DNA of 64,000 nucleotides from IMG/VR virus record IMGVR_UViG_3300033149_006345, positions 12,592-76,591 of that record; one strand, given 5' to 3'. Positions 17,528 through 26,732 of this stretch are shown here, in pieces. Each line of letters opens with the position of its first letter. The first letter of the stretch is position 1. The notes beneath the pieces were generated by a model. It did no database searches. It was not told the origin of the DNA and worked only from the letters and a program-made list of their open reading frames with translations. The DNA comes from a virus. Made by a program: the position numbers and the translations under genes.

Positions 17528-18025
17528 ATGAGAGGCAAACATTTGCTTATGGATTTGTATGGATGTAAGCCGGTGTTTGTAACTCAGGATGTTGGTTTTT
17601 TGCAAGATGTCTTGCGGAGTGTGATAGCTTTGGCTGAAATGACTCTTATTTTTATGCCACAACCGGTTATCTACGAAGACTTTGATTCAACTTTTGGTTG
17701 GGGTGTTTCCGCTACAGCTATTTTGGCAGAGAGTCATGTAGCTATTCATACGGCCCCCTCGGTGATGAACAGTGTGTTTTTTGATATGTACAGTTGCAAG
17801 GATTTTGATGATAGTATATTATACTCGAAAGTTGTTGATTTTTTCAACCCGGATTTTTTGGAGTGCAGGGTAATACCAAGAAATAGATTTTTACAGATGT
17901 CAAGAGGAGGAATGGTTTATGGGGATTATCAAAGACATGGATGCGAGGAAAGATATTGTGGTTTTGCGGGAGAAGATGGCAACTTTACAGGCGAAAATAG
18001 AGGAGATAGAGAAGCGGTCTGCTAA
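17528..18025 (+). CDS. speD: S-adenosylmethionine decarboxylase proenzyme family protein
   Basis: GKHLLMDLYGC, GVSATAILAESHVAIHT (E-S self-cleavage site), DMYSCKDFD. Confidence 0.88.
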   Translation: MRGKHLLMDLYGCKPVFVTQDVGFLQDVLRSVIALAEMTLIFMPQPVIYEDFDSTFGWGVSATAILAESHVAIHTAPSVMNSVFFDMYSCKDFDDSILYSKVVDFFNPDFLECRVIPRNRFLQMSRGGMVYGDYQRHGCEERYCGFAGEDGNFTGENRGDREAVC

Positions 18026-18254
18026 GAGTTGTAGTTGTGGGTCTACTGATGCAGTTAAGGGTATCAGGAAGATGTTGTTGGAATTGGAGCGAGAGCTTGG
18101 ATTTTCACGGGATGAATATGATATACTTGATAGGAAGATACCCCCTGACTCGGCTTTGGGGCGATTGCAGTTGCAGATTGATTCTTTGGTTGAGGTTTTG
18201 GATTTGGAAGAAACATGGGCTGGTGGTAAACTAAGATATGAGAAGAAGGGGTGA
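17919..18254 (+). CDS. Hypothetical coiled-coil protein
   Basis: GAGGAGG upstream; 111 aa. Confidence 0.65.
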   Translation: MGIIKDMDARKDIVVLREKMATLQAKIEEIEKRSAKSCSCGSTDAVKGIRKMLLELERELGFSRDEYDILDRKIPPDSALGRLQLQIDSLVEVLDLEETWAGGKLRYEKKG

Positions 18255-18278
18255 TAGTTAGGAAAGTGAGGTAATTTT

Positions 18279-19919
18279 ATGCCGAGAGGAGCACCCGCTT
18301 CATTGCTATCTAGGGAAGGTATAGGAGAATTGGTAACAACACGAAGAAAGTCGTGGGCAGAGTTGCGGACTTTTTTTGAGAGGGAACGTGCGCTGTCTAC
18401 CGGTCGGGATTACAAGCGAAATCCCTCTAAACAACTGGATGAATATAGAGGGTGGGTATATAGTGCTGTTGATTGTATTGTGGACCGTTTGTGCTCTTTG
18501 AGCTATACTTTCAAAAGAGAAGATACCGGCGAGGTTATTTCACCTTTTGACAAACGTTATCATGCTATATTGAAACCGATAATCAAACCGAATGAGTATA
18601 TGAGCCTAAAGTTTTTGATGCAGTTTTGTCAGACTCAATTGGATTTGTGTGGAAAGGCAGCTATCCTGAAAGTAAGAAATGCTTTTGGTAAGCCTTGGGA
18701 ATTATGGCCGCTGGATATGAATGATTTCAGGCGTATTGTTTACCCACATAGACGGCAAGCTGGTAGGATTGTACCACCTGTGGGTTTCGAGTTCAGGCTT
18801 GGTAACAAGTTAGTTCTCATCGAGTGGAAGGATATTATATGGTTGCGATATCCAAGTCCTCTTAATATGTGGGATGGTTTCTCACCGATTCGGGCGCAAG
18901 CGTATACTACAGATATTGATTACTACCTTGAAGTTTACGAGCGGGGTTTCTTTAGAAATTCGGCTCGGGTGGATTTTGTGATTGAAGGGGAAAATCTTAC
19001 TGAGGAAGACGCCAAGCGGTTGAAGCAAGAGTGGGTAAAGAAGTATGGTGGCCCAAAACGGTCATATGAGCCTGCTGTACTTACTGGCGGTATTAAGATT
19101 GTTCCTATAACAATGACCAATAAGGATTTTCAGTTTTTGGAGCTGGCACGTTGGACCAAGGAACGTATTTTGAGTGCTTACCGTGTGCCAGAGGGCAAGT
19201 TGGGTTTATTCCGTGATATCAATAGAGCCAACCAGAAAGGGATAGATATAGCATTTAATGAAGGTGCCATTTTGCCTCGGGCACGTTTGTGGGAGTCGGA
19301 GTTGACCTATCAGCTCATTTGGGCTGATTTTACGGAAAAGGTCTCCATTGAGTTTGAGAATCCAATTCCTAGAGATAGGGAGGCAGATCTGAAAGAGTTG
19401 CAATTACGTAGTGGTAAGGGTATGGTTCCTATCAATACTATAAATGAGTTGCGTAATTGGTGGGATGGTTCTCCGTCTATAGCAGGAGGTGATGCAATTT
19501 TGGTAAATCAGAATCTTGTACCTATTACGAGTGTTGTTGGGGAGAATGGAGAGGGTGATACGGAGTCAGGTAATGAAAAACCTCCAGTAACAGACGATGA
19601 TGATAAGCCCGGTCAGACGGACGATGATCCTGAATATGATCCTGAATATGATCCCGGCGGAGAGGAGTCTGATAAAAAGATACTGGATTGGGAAAAAGCG
19701 CTGGCACCTTTAGTTGGAAAGTATAGAGAGGCAATAAGCAAAACCAAAGGGTGGTCAGTTGCAAAGGTGGAAAATTATTTGAGAGGTTTAGAGCTTGATG
19801 TGAGTGATGGGGTGAAGAGAATTTTCGAGAACTGTGTGCTGAAGGATTATCCAGAGGTTAAATTTAAGCAAGCGGTAAAGGCATATCTTATTTTGACGGC
19901 AGTAAGGCGTAAAAATTAA
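18279..19919 (+). CDS. HK97-family portal protein
   Basis: WVYSAVD, GFSPI, FFRNSA, KDFQFLE, AYRVP, TINELR, GGD; acidic C-terminal extension with a DPEY-DPEY repeat. Confidence 0.93.
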   Translation: MPRGAPASLLSREGIGELVTTRRKSWAELRTFFERERALSTGRDYKRNPSKQLDEYRGWVYSAVDCIVDRLCSLSYTFKREDTGEVISPFDKRYHAILKPIIKPNEYMSLKFLMQFCQTQLDLCGKAAILKVRNAFGKPWELWPLDMNDFRRIVYPHRRQAGRIVPPVGFEFRLGNKLVLIEWKDIIWLRYPSPLNMWDGFSPIRAQAYTTDIDYYLEVYERGFFRNSARVDFVIEGENLTEEDAKRLKQEWVKKYGGPKRSYEPAVLTGGIKIVPITMTNKDFQFLELARWTKERILSAYRVPEGKLGLFRDINRANQKGIDIAFNEGAILPRARLWESELTYQLIWADFTEKVSIEFENPIPRDREADLKELQLRSGKGMVPINTINELRNWWDGSPSIAGGDAILVNQNLVPITSVVGENGEGDTESGNEKPPVTDDDDKPGQTDDDPEYDPEYDPGGEESDKKILDWEKALAPLVGKYREAISKTKGWSVAKVENYLRGLELDVSDGVKRIFENCVLKDYPEVKFKQAVKAYLILTAVRRKN

Positions 19920-19946
19920 CACATTGAAGAGAGTAGGAGGTAAATA

Positions 19947-21656
19947 ATGGCATACAGGGTTAAAGCCAAGGACGAAAATGGAGCTGAGCGGAATGTTGTC
20001 ATCAACGGCAAAGAGGTATTGGGTTTTGACGTTTCACCTGATCTAGTTGAGATTAAAGAAGTTGACGAGGAAAACAGGTCATTTTTGGCTACGGCGGCGT
20101 CGGAGGCACCGGATCGGATATACGATATTATTCGTATAGCAGGGATTGATCTTACTGACTACGAGAAAAATCCTGTTGTTATGTGGGCACATGAGTACCG
20201 TGCTCTTCCGTTGGGCATTTCTCTGGAGACTATCAAACGCCCTAGAAAGAAGGTACTGGAATTTCGGCCAAATTTCGATGACCATGAGTTTGCTGAAAAA
20301 GTTTATCGCTCTTATCTGAAGAAGATAATGCGTGGTTTTTCCGTTGGCTTGCTTCCCATTGAGATGGAGAAGCGACAAGATATGACGGAAGAGGAAAAGG
20401 CACAAGCTGGGTATTTTGGTGGTTGGGAAATCAAGAAGTCGTCTTTGTTGGAGATAAGTTGTGCTCCTATACCAATGCACCAGGATGCTTTGGCGCAAAT
20501 GAAGGCGGTAGGTTTTCCAATGGAACTTCTGTCTCCAGCCGATTTAGGTTTTGGTAATAAGGAGAAGGCATTGGATGACGGAAGTTATTGGGTTCCTGTG
20601 GAAGACACCATGCTGTTTTTCAATCATAAGACCATCCCCTTGGATGATAAGGTAAATGCTATTGTTGCTGATCCTCTTGGTGCTAGTGGGAGTGGACGCA
20701 ATCTCTCCAAGGTGGTTGGTTATCTCTTTTCCAAAGATATGTCTGAGGAGGAGAGGGCTGAATGGTTGTCTTCCTTTGGGGTTAGCGACCGTAATGTTAT
20801 GATTGTTGCCTCTGATACGAATGTTTTGGAGCTGTCGGCAGAAGAAATAGGTTTAGTCAAAGGTATTTGCGGTTCGTCATCGTTGCCTTTGAGTGATAAG
20901 TCTTCTTGGGATGGCGATGCAGCCAGGAAGAGAATGTGGGAAAAGGGATTATCCACTTTTAAGAAAGGGCATGTATGGCAAAAACCAGATGAGAATCCGG
21001 AGACAAAGGGAGCCTATTCTTTACCCTTTGCGGATATAATTGATGGCACTTTAACTGCTGTTTGGGGTGGTGTTCGTGCGGCAATGGCTGCGGTACATGG
21101 TGCTCGTAATGCTCCAGAAGGAGATAGGAGAAAACAACATAATTTCCTTGCCAAATATTATAGACGTTTTGGTAAGGAACCGCCAGAGTTCAAAACATAT
21201 ACTGATGAGGAATTACATGAAATTTTTGGTATTGACACTTCTGATATAGATAAACAAAATTCCACTGACGGTGACCACCAAGGAACGGCGAATGACATGG
21301 AACCCATTGTTAATGTTGTGAGGGAGGAGTTGACCGAGTTGTTTAATACTTTTAAGGAGGAAGTGGTTACAGCTATCAGAGCTTCATTGGAGGAAACTTC
21401 TGCTTCTTCTAGAGAACCAAATATCACTCAAGGAGCCGACGAGGGTGACGCCACTTTTGTGCAGGCGGTGGGTGAGTTGGTAGCTAAGTTGAAAGAGGAT
21501 AAGGATACTCCGGTGATACCAGACGATCTCTCCCAGGAAGATATAGTAAAGCTCTCTGAAATGGTGGCGCAATCGCTTGGTGCCACTTTGGGTGATGCTA
21601 TAGCTTCTACGGTGGAAGAGAATCTGAAGAGTTATGCTGGTATCATTGACGACTAA
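19947..21656 (+). CDS. HK97-type prohead protease fused to extra domains and a scaffold-like tail
   Basis: DR..DII, NPVVMWAH, GFSVG, LLEISCAPIP; later SWDGDAARKRM..YSLPFAD..AVWGGVRAAMAA domain; acidic helical tail. Confidence 0.88.
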   Translation: MAYRVKAKDENGAERNVVINGKEVLGFDVSPDLVEIKEVDEENRSFLATAASEAPDRIYDIIRIAGIDLTDYEKNPVVMWAHEYRALPLGISLETIKRPRKKVLEFRPNFDDHEFAEKVYRSYLKKIMRGFSVGLLPIEMEKRQDMTEEEKAQAGYFGGWEIKKSSLLEISCAPIPMHQDALAQMKAVGFPMELLSPADLGFGNKEKALDDGSYWVPVEDTMLFFNHKTIPLDDKVNAIVADPLGASGSGRNLSKVVGYLFSKDMSEEERAEWLSSFGVSDRNVMIVASDTNVLELSAEEIGLVKGICGSSSLPLSDKSSWDGDAARKRMWEKGLSTFKKGHVWQKPDENPETKGAYSLPFADIIDGTLTAVWGGVRAAMAAVHGARNAPEGDRRKQHNFLAKYYRRFGKEPPEFKTYTDEELHEIFGIDTSDIDKQNSTDGDHQGTANDMEPIVNVVREELTELFNTFKEEVVTAIRASLEETSASSREPNITQGADEGDATFVQAVGELVAKLKEDKDTPVIPDDLSQEDIVKLSEMVAQSLGATLGDAIASTVEENLKSYAGIIDD

Positions 21657-21683
21657 TATTATATTCTACTAGGAGGTTTTAAT

Positions 21684-22964
21684 ATGGACAAGGAAAAATT
21701 GATGAAGCAACTTCAGGAGATTAACGAGGAGATCGTCAAGCGTTATATTGGTAGCGATGAATTTACTAATATGATCAACAAGCGCATCCAGACCTTTATG
21801 GAGACTTTGCAAAAGCAGCTCCAGGGGGACTCAACTGCTGGTGCGATTGCTGATGCACAGCCTTCATCGCTTCCATTCGTGCAGGCGACTCTTCCTTACG
21901 CCAACGTCCGAGGAAATCTGATTGTTACACGCCAGGGGTCCGTATTGGATATCACCAAGAAGACTCCGTGGGTGCAGGTTTCCAAGGAAGTGCAGGATTG
22001 GGCCTCTGATTTTCTTCAGTACGTGCAGAGTCGGGGGCGAGTTGTCGGTAAGACTCTTCAGGAAAGTGAGGACCCGAGTGGTGGGTATCTCGTACCGGAA
22101 GAGTTTAGGGCAACTATCCTGATGTACGATGCAGAACCGGCTATTGTTTGGCCCAGGGCTACTGTGTGGCCGATGGCGACCGATAAGCTGGGTATGCCGA
22201 AGTTGGCGCAGTCTCCTGATGGTATTGAGAATGACGACTATGACCATTTTGCGGGTGTAGCGTTTACCTGGACTGATGAAGGTGGTTCCAAGACCGAGAC
22301 GGAACCTGACTTCGAGTTCATTGAGCTTATTGCTCATGAGCTTTCTGGGTATACCGCTATCACTAACACTCTTATGGACGATAGCCCAATTAACCTGATG
22401 AACTTCTTGACCACTTTGTTCAGGGGTGCATGGGTATGGCAGACCGACAAGGCATTTATCCGTCAGGATGGTGCCAATAAGCCGTTGGGGGTGACCAAAG
22501 ACCCGAGTGTGTTGTCTGTGAACCGGAATACTGCTTCCACGGTGAAATATGCCGATCTGCTGAATATGGTTAAGAAGCTCCCCTCGGTATTTGACGCTGG
22601 AGCCGTTTGGTTCTTCAATAAGGAAGTCCATGCTGCTATTCGTAATGAGCGTGATAACAACAACGCTTTGCTGTTGCAGCAAACTTACGATTCGGCGGCT
22701 GGTAAGATGATTGAGATTCTGCTGGGCTACCCTGTAGTCAAGTCCGACGGCAAGACTTATCCGATGGGGACTAAGGGCGATGTCATTTTGGGCAATTGGG
22801 CCTACTATTATATTGGTGACAGGCAGGAGTTCAGGTTGGATACCAGCGAGCATTATCTGTTCCGTAGCAATAAGCTCGCAATCAGGGTAGCCAGCCGTCT
22901 GGATGGTCAGCCAGCGATTCCAGAGGCTTTTGTGGTTCTGGATGACGTGGCTTCCGCCAGCTAA
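21684..22964 (+). CDS. Major capsid protein (HK97 fold)
   Basis: GGYLVPEEF, WTDEG, ILLGYPVV, ILGNW..YYIGDR, RLDG; biased codon usage typical of high expression. Confidence 0.95.
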   Translation: MDKEKLMKQLQEINEEIVKRYIGSDEFTNMINKRIQTFMETLQKQLQGDSTAGAIADAQPSSLPFVQATLPYANVRGNLIVTRQGSVLDITKKTPWVQVSKEVQDWASDFLQYVQSRGRVVGKTLQESEDPSGGYLVPEEFRATILMYDAEPAIVWPRATVWPMATDKLGMPKLAQSPDGIENDDYDHFAGVAFTWTDEGGSKTETEPDFEFIELIAHELSGYTAITNTLMDDSPINLMNFLTTLFRGAWVWQTDKAFIRQDGANKPLGVTKDPSVLSVNRNTASTVKYADLLNMVKKLPSVFDAGAVWFFNKEVHAAIRNERDNNNALLLQQTYDSAAGKMIEILLGYPVVKSDGKTYPMGTKGDVILGNWAYYYIGDRQEFRLDTSEHYLFRSNKLAIRVASRLDGQPAIPEAFVVLDDVASAS

Positions 22965-22997
22965 TTGAAAACTTCTTTATAACGGAGGTGGATTCTA

Positions 22998-23450
22998 ATG
23001 AGTGCAAAGCGTGATATGACCAATAATACGCTGGTGATTCCTTTTGTTACCCATACCACGCACCAGACCAACACCGGCATCTTGACCAGCAATTATGATA
23101 CGATGCGTGGTGGAGCCAACCCGACGAGGATGTTGCTGATTTTGCTGATGTCCAGTTGGGGAAGCGGTGGCTCGGTTACTGTGCGGGTACAGGATTGTAA
23201 TACCAGCAACGGTACTTTCTCTACTCGGGCAACTTTGGGGGCTGCCAACCAGTCCACCGGGCAGACTTGTTTTATGGCGGAGGTGAGCGATTTTCGCCGG
23301 TTTGTCCGTCTCAGCTATGATGTGACTGGTGCAGCTTGTACCCTGTCTATCATTGGTATTTGTCAGCGTGGGCGAAAGGAGCCGGTGACGCAGTATGATG
23401 CTGTTGGCAAGCTGTCTGTGTCCCAGACGGTTGCTCCTGAAGCCTCGTAA
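22998..23450 (+). CDS. Putative capsid decoration/cement protein (Ser/Thr-rich beta protein)
   Basis: Immediately after the MCP with the same codon bias; VTVRVQD..RRFVRL pattern. Confidence 0.65.
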   Translation: MSAKRDMTNNTLVIPFVTHTTHQTNTGILTSNYDTMRGGANPTRMLLILLMSSWGSGGSVTVRVQDCNTSNGTFSTRATLGAANQSTGQTCFMAEVSDFRRFVRLSYDVTGAACTLSIIGICQRGRKEPVTQYDAVGKLSVSQTVAPEAS

Positions 23451-23465
23451 TGTTCCCCCTCTTTC

Positions 23466-23501
23466 CTTCCCTACCTGTACGCTTTTGTACAGGTAGGGAA
23501 G
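23466..23501 (+). promoter_or_regulatory. 15-bp perfect hairpin (attenuator, processing or stabilising element)
   Basis: CTTCCCTACCTGTAC-gctttt-GTACAGGTAGGGAAG, without a strong U tract. Confidence 0.7.
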
Positions 23502-23544
23502 TTCATATATAAGATTACAGCGAGACCAGAAAAGGAGAAAGCAG

Positions 23545-23859
23545 ATGGCTGTTAAGGTTAAACTGACAAAACTATCTTTGATTAGACGGTATAGAAAATC
23601 TGTATTGGAAGTAAGTGAGGCGGAAGCCGCCCGGATGATCGGATCAGGGCTGGCTGTAGCAGTAACTTCTTTTGATGGACCACCGGTTAATAAACTGGTA
23701 GCTTCTCCTGGTATTAAGAAAGAAGTAGCAGAAATAAAGGAGGCTGATACCGCAGAAAACCCTACTGGGAAAGCGGAGGAACCTCCGAAACCTCCGCAGA
23801 AAAACAAAAAGAAAAAATCGAAGAAGTCAAGGAAGAAAGTCAAGGTAAATATCCAGTAG
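23545..23859 (+). CDS. Small post-capsid protein; candidate frameshift donor
   Basis: AAAGGAG RBS; EVSEAEAARMIGSGLAV and PPVNKLV resemble small head-associated proteins. Confidence 0.75.
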   Translation: MAVKVKLTKLSLIRRYRKSVLEVSEAEAARMIGSGLAVAVTSFDGPPVNKLVASPGIKKEVAEIKEADTAENPTGKAEEPPKPPQKNKKKKSKKSRKKVKVNIQ

Positions 23860-24818
23860 CACGTTGGTCTCCTTCTTTACCCTATGCACTTTGTAAGGTT
23901 GGTTGGATACAGGACGCTGAGGTATTAGGTGGTGCTGAATTATCCAATCTACAGATAATCAAACGAGGTCTGGAGTTAGGTTTTGCTATTAGGGTTATAA
24001 CTCCGGACAGTTTTGATCGTGACTGGATTGCCATTTCTGACTTTCTCATTTTCAATAACTTTTATACCTTTCCATCAAATCTTTGGCATTATTTGTTGCA
24101 AGTCATTTGGGAGTATAGGAAGCCTTATGTAATATATTCTCATGATCATCGGGATATATATGGTGAGACTGCTAGACTCTCTTTTGCATGGCGTTGGTTT
24201 AAGCATTCCTTCTTGAATGTCTTTATTTCTCCGGCACATTATGCCAACTTTAAGAAATGTTTAGGCAGTGCTGCCGAGCCGCATTTTATCTTACCCCCAC
24301 CGATAGACACCGAATTTTTCTACCCCAGGGAAGAAGTTACTAGGAAACCAAAGACTGTTGTTAATCTTACCGGTAGATTGGTTAGCAGTAAGGGTCTGAT
24401 GAATGTTTATAAGTGGGCCGCAGCAAACCCTGACTATAAGGTAAATGTTTATACGAAGTATGCCGAAGGTACCAGCGGTAAGGTTTTGGAGACTAAGAAT
24501 AATATAACTATCCATAAACCTGTACCATATGCCCTTTTGCCGTATATCTACTCTGAACATGAGTATGTGTTACATCTTCCTGAAGATTGGGAAGCGGCGG
24601 GGAGGACATTGGTAGAGGGTTTATTGTGTGGTTGGACATTGGTAGAGGGTTTATTGTGTGGTTGTATCCCGATTTGCAATAGTAAAGTAGGAGTTGCTAG
24701 TTTCGCACCGGATCTATTGTCATACGGTCGTGAAAATCTGGCTGTGATTTTGGAGGAAGGACAGTATATTTTTTGGTACAATATTTATCGGTATTTCCAG
24801 TTATTGGAGGAAAGATAG
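23748..24818 (+). CDS. GT4-like glycosyltransferase with no canonical start upstream of its N-terminal motif
   Basis: Frame open from 23748; KVGWIQD..GGAELSN at 23895 lies upstream of the first TTG (24093); GRL..KG; EAAGRTLVE motif. Confidence 0.8.
   Translation, partial: YRRKPYWESGGTSETSAEKQKEKIEEVKEESQGKYPVARWSPSLPYALCKVGWIQDAEVLGGAELSNLQIIKRGLELGFAIRVITPDSFDRDWIAISDFLIFNNFYTFPSNLWHYLLQVIWEYRKPYVIYSHDHRDIYGETARLSFAWRWFKHSFLNVFISPAHYANFKKCLGSAAEPHFILPPPIDTEFFYPREEVTRKPKTVVNLTGRLVSSKGLMNVYKWAAANPDYKVNVYTKYAEGTSGKVLETKNNITIHKPVPYALLPYIYSEHEYVLHLPEDWEAAGRTLVEGLLCGWTLVEGLLCGCIPICNSKVGVASFAPDLLSYGRENLAVILEEGQYIFWYNIYRYFQLLEER
24604..24663. repeat. Perfect 30-bp tandem duplication
   Basis: GGACATTGGTAGAGGGTTTATTGTGTGGTT occurs twice in tandem. 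Confidence 0.95.
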
Positions 24819-25820
24819 ATGCGGAAAAAGCTGTTGATTGGGGTATTCGTTGGTGAGTTAGGTTGGGAATATCTACGTTATCAAGGATATTTTAGACGCT
24901 ATGCGAGATTAAATTGTTTCAAAGAACAGGGGGATGAATGCATCGCTTTTACGTATTTTGGGCATGAGCTTTTTTATCACGATTTTTGCTCCGCTGTTTT
25001 TTCACATGAATCTTGGTTAGATGGAAGAAGAGAGATAATAGGACCACCACATGCTTTTGGGCATATGCAAATGTCCTCAGCAGTATATGATTCTCTTTGT
25101 CAGTATATTTTGAATGTTGTGTCTCATTATTATGACCATGCACAATATGATATAGAGTTTGTAAAACATCCGCTGGGTGTTGCTCATAGGGCGAATTACT
25201 TTTTGCAGGACTTTGTTGAGTTTTCGGTAAGTGAAAAAGAAATAATGTCGATTTGGATACAGTTGGAAAAGAAATATCTTATACCTGACGCACAAATTGT
25301 ATGTGTTTTTCCCAGGATGAAAGGTGATAAAAGGGATTGGGGAGCCGGTAACTATGAGAACCTGATAGAGAGTTTATTGGGGTACGGTTTTGGGGTTGTT
25401 ATTTGTGGGCATCCGCAACAGTCATTTTGTACGGATATGGAAACAAGATATGGGCTGTTGAATCTTACGGAGTTTCCAAGGCGTTATATTTTACCTCTTA
25501 CTATTTGTGCTTTGGCGAAGAGTGCTTTCGCCTTTGGGGGACAAAGTGCCCTTCCACTTATTTCTTTAGGGCAGGGGGTACCAACAGTTATGTGGGGGTG
25601 CGAGCCTAGGCGTCATAGCCAGATTTATAATTGGAGGAAAACCGCTTGTTTATTTTTGCCTTCCCAGCAGTATGATATTTCCCCCAAAGAGGTATTAGGG
25701 GCTTTTTTCGATTGGAAGGATGGTGTTTCCCGAGATGATAGACTCTCCCCTTTCCATCTCCTTGATGCTTCATTGCTTAAAGAAGGGGAAATTTTACCCA
25801 ATGAAAAGGTGAAAAGATGA
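24819..25820 (+). CDS. GT9-like (heptosyltransferase-fold) glycosyltransferase
   Basis: GELGW, KRDW..YENLIESL, LNLT, GGQSALPLISLGQGVPTV. Confidence 0.7.
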   Translation: MRKKLLIGVFVGELGWEYLRYQGYFRRYARLNCFKEQGDECIAFTYFGHELFYHDFCSAVFSHESWLDGRREIIGPPHAFGHMQMSSAVYDSLCQYILNVVSHYYDHAQYDIEFVKHPLGVAHRANYFLQDFVEFSVSEKEIMSIWIQLEKKYLIPDAQIVCVFPRMKGDKRDWGAGNYENLIESLLGYGFGVVICGHPQQSFCTDMETRYGLLNLTEFPRRYILPLTICALAKSAFAFGGQSALPLISLGQGVPTVMWGCEPRRHSQIYNWRKTACLFLPSQQYDISPKEVLGAFFDWKDGVSRDDRLSPFHLLDASLLKEGEILPNEKVKR

Positions 25821-26731
25821 AGCCGAAGATTCTTATGGTAGCGGATGTTAAAGGTTGGGCTTGGTGGTATAAGGCGCAACAGGTAAAAAAGCACCTGGCG
25901 AATGAGTTTGATATTGATATTGTATGTGTTGTTCAAGAAGGGGCATTGCCGAAAGAACTGGCTTCCAAATATGATTTATTTTTTACTTTTGCACCGAAAT
26001 ATTTGAAGATGCTTAGCAATATAGGGGTGCCAGTCAAGAAACGTATTTCTGGAATAACAGCTCATTTTTTGGGATTAGAAGATGATCTTCTACGCTTTCA
26101 GAATCATGTTGTTTACTTTCATGCAAATAGCCCTGCTTTGGTAAAAATTGCAGAGAGGTATTATCGTCATGTTTTTTACGTACCGAATGGTGTTGATGAG
26201 ACCATTTTTTATCCCACCAATAGAAAGCCGAAGGATGTTTTTATTGTGGGTCACGTAGGGAAACCTACTGCAAGGAAAGGTTTTGACTCGATAATTATGC
26301 CTGCTTTCGAGAAGGCGTTTTCCGGTGGTAGATCGGTAGCAACATTGAAGGTTAACCAACGACGATATTATAATGCTTTGTCCCAGCCGGAGATGAGAGA
26401 ATGGTATCAGGATGTAGACGTTTTGGTGTTTGCCAGCGATTTGGATGGAACTCCCAATCCGATGTTGGAGGGTGGCGCAATTGGTATTCCTTCTATAATA
26501 AATTGTATAGGAAATGCAGAGGAATTTATTAGCGATGGGGTAAATGGTTTCCTGATGCGGGAAAAGACGGTAGATGCTTATGCGGACAGATTACAATGGT
26601 GTTTTTATAACAGAGAGCAATGTTGGAAAATGGGGGAAGAGGCAAGAAAGACGGTATTGTCCAGTTGGACTTGGAAACAGAAAGTAGAGAACTATAGGAA
26701 TATGTTCAGAGAGATTTTGTCGGAGGAATAA
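25817..26731 (+). CDS. GT4 glycosyltransferase
   Basis: VPNGVD, GHVG..RKG, DGTPNPMLE, DGVNGFL. Confidence 0.9.
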   Translation: MKPKILMVADVKGWAWWYKAQQVKKHLANEFDIDIVCVVQEGALPKELASKYDLFFTFAPKYLKMLSNIGVPVKKRISGITAHFLGLEDDLLRFQNHVVYFHANSPALVKIAERYYRHVFYVPNGVDETIFYPTNRKPKDVFIVGHVGKPTARKGFDSIIMPAFEKAFSGGRSVATLKVNQRRYYNALSQPEMREWYQDVDVLVFASDLDGTPNPMLEGGAIGIPSIINCIGNAEEFISDGVNGFLMREKTVDAYADRLQWCFYNREQCWKMGEEARKTVLSSWTWKQKVENYRNMFREILSEE

Positions 26732-26732
26732 G

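Noticed and set aside
21864-22853. 329-aa antisense ORF
   Set aside because: Shadow of the codon-biased major capsid gene; no motif or RBS.
22995-23843. 282-aa antisense ORF
   Set aside because: Spans two well-supported + strand genes and an intergenic hairpin; no recognisable domain.
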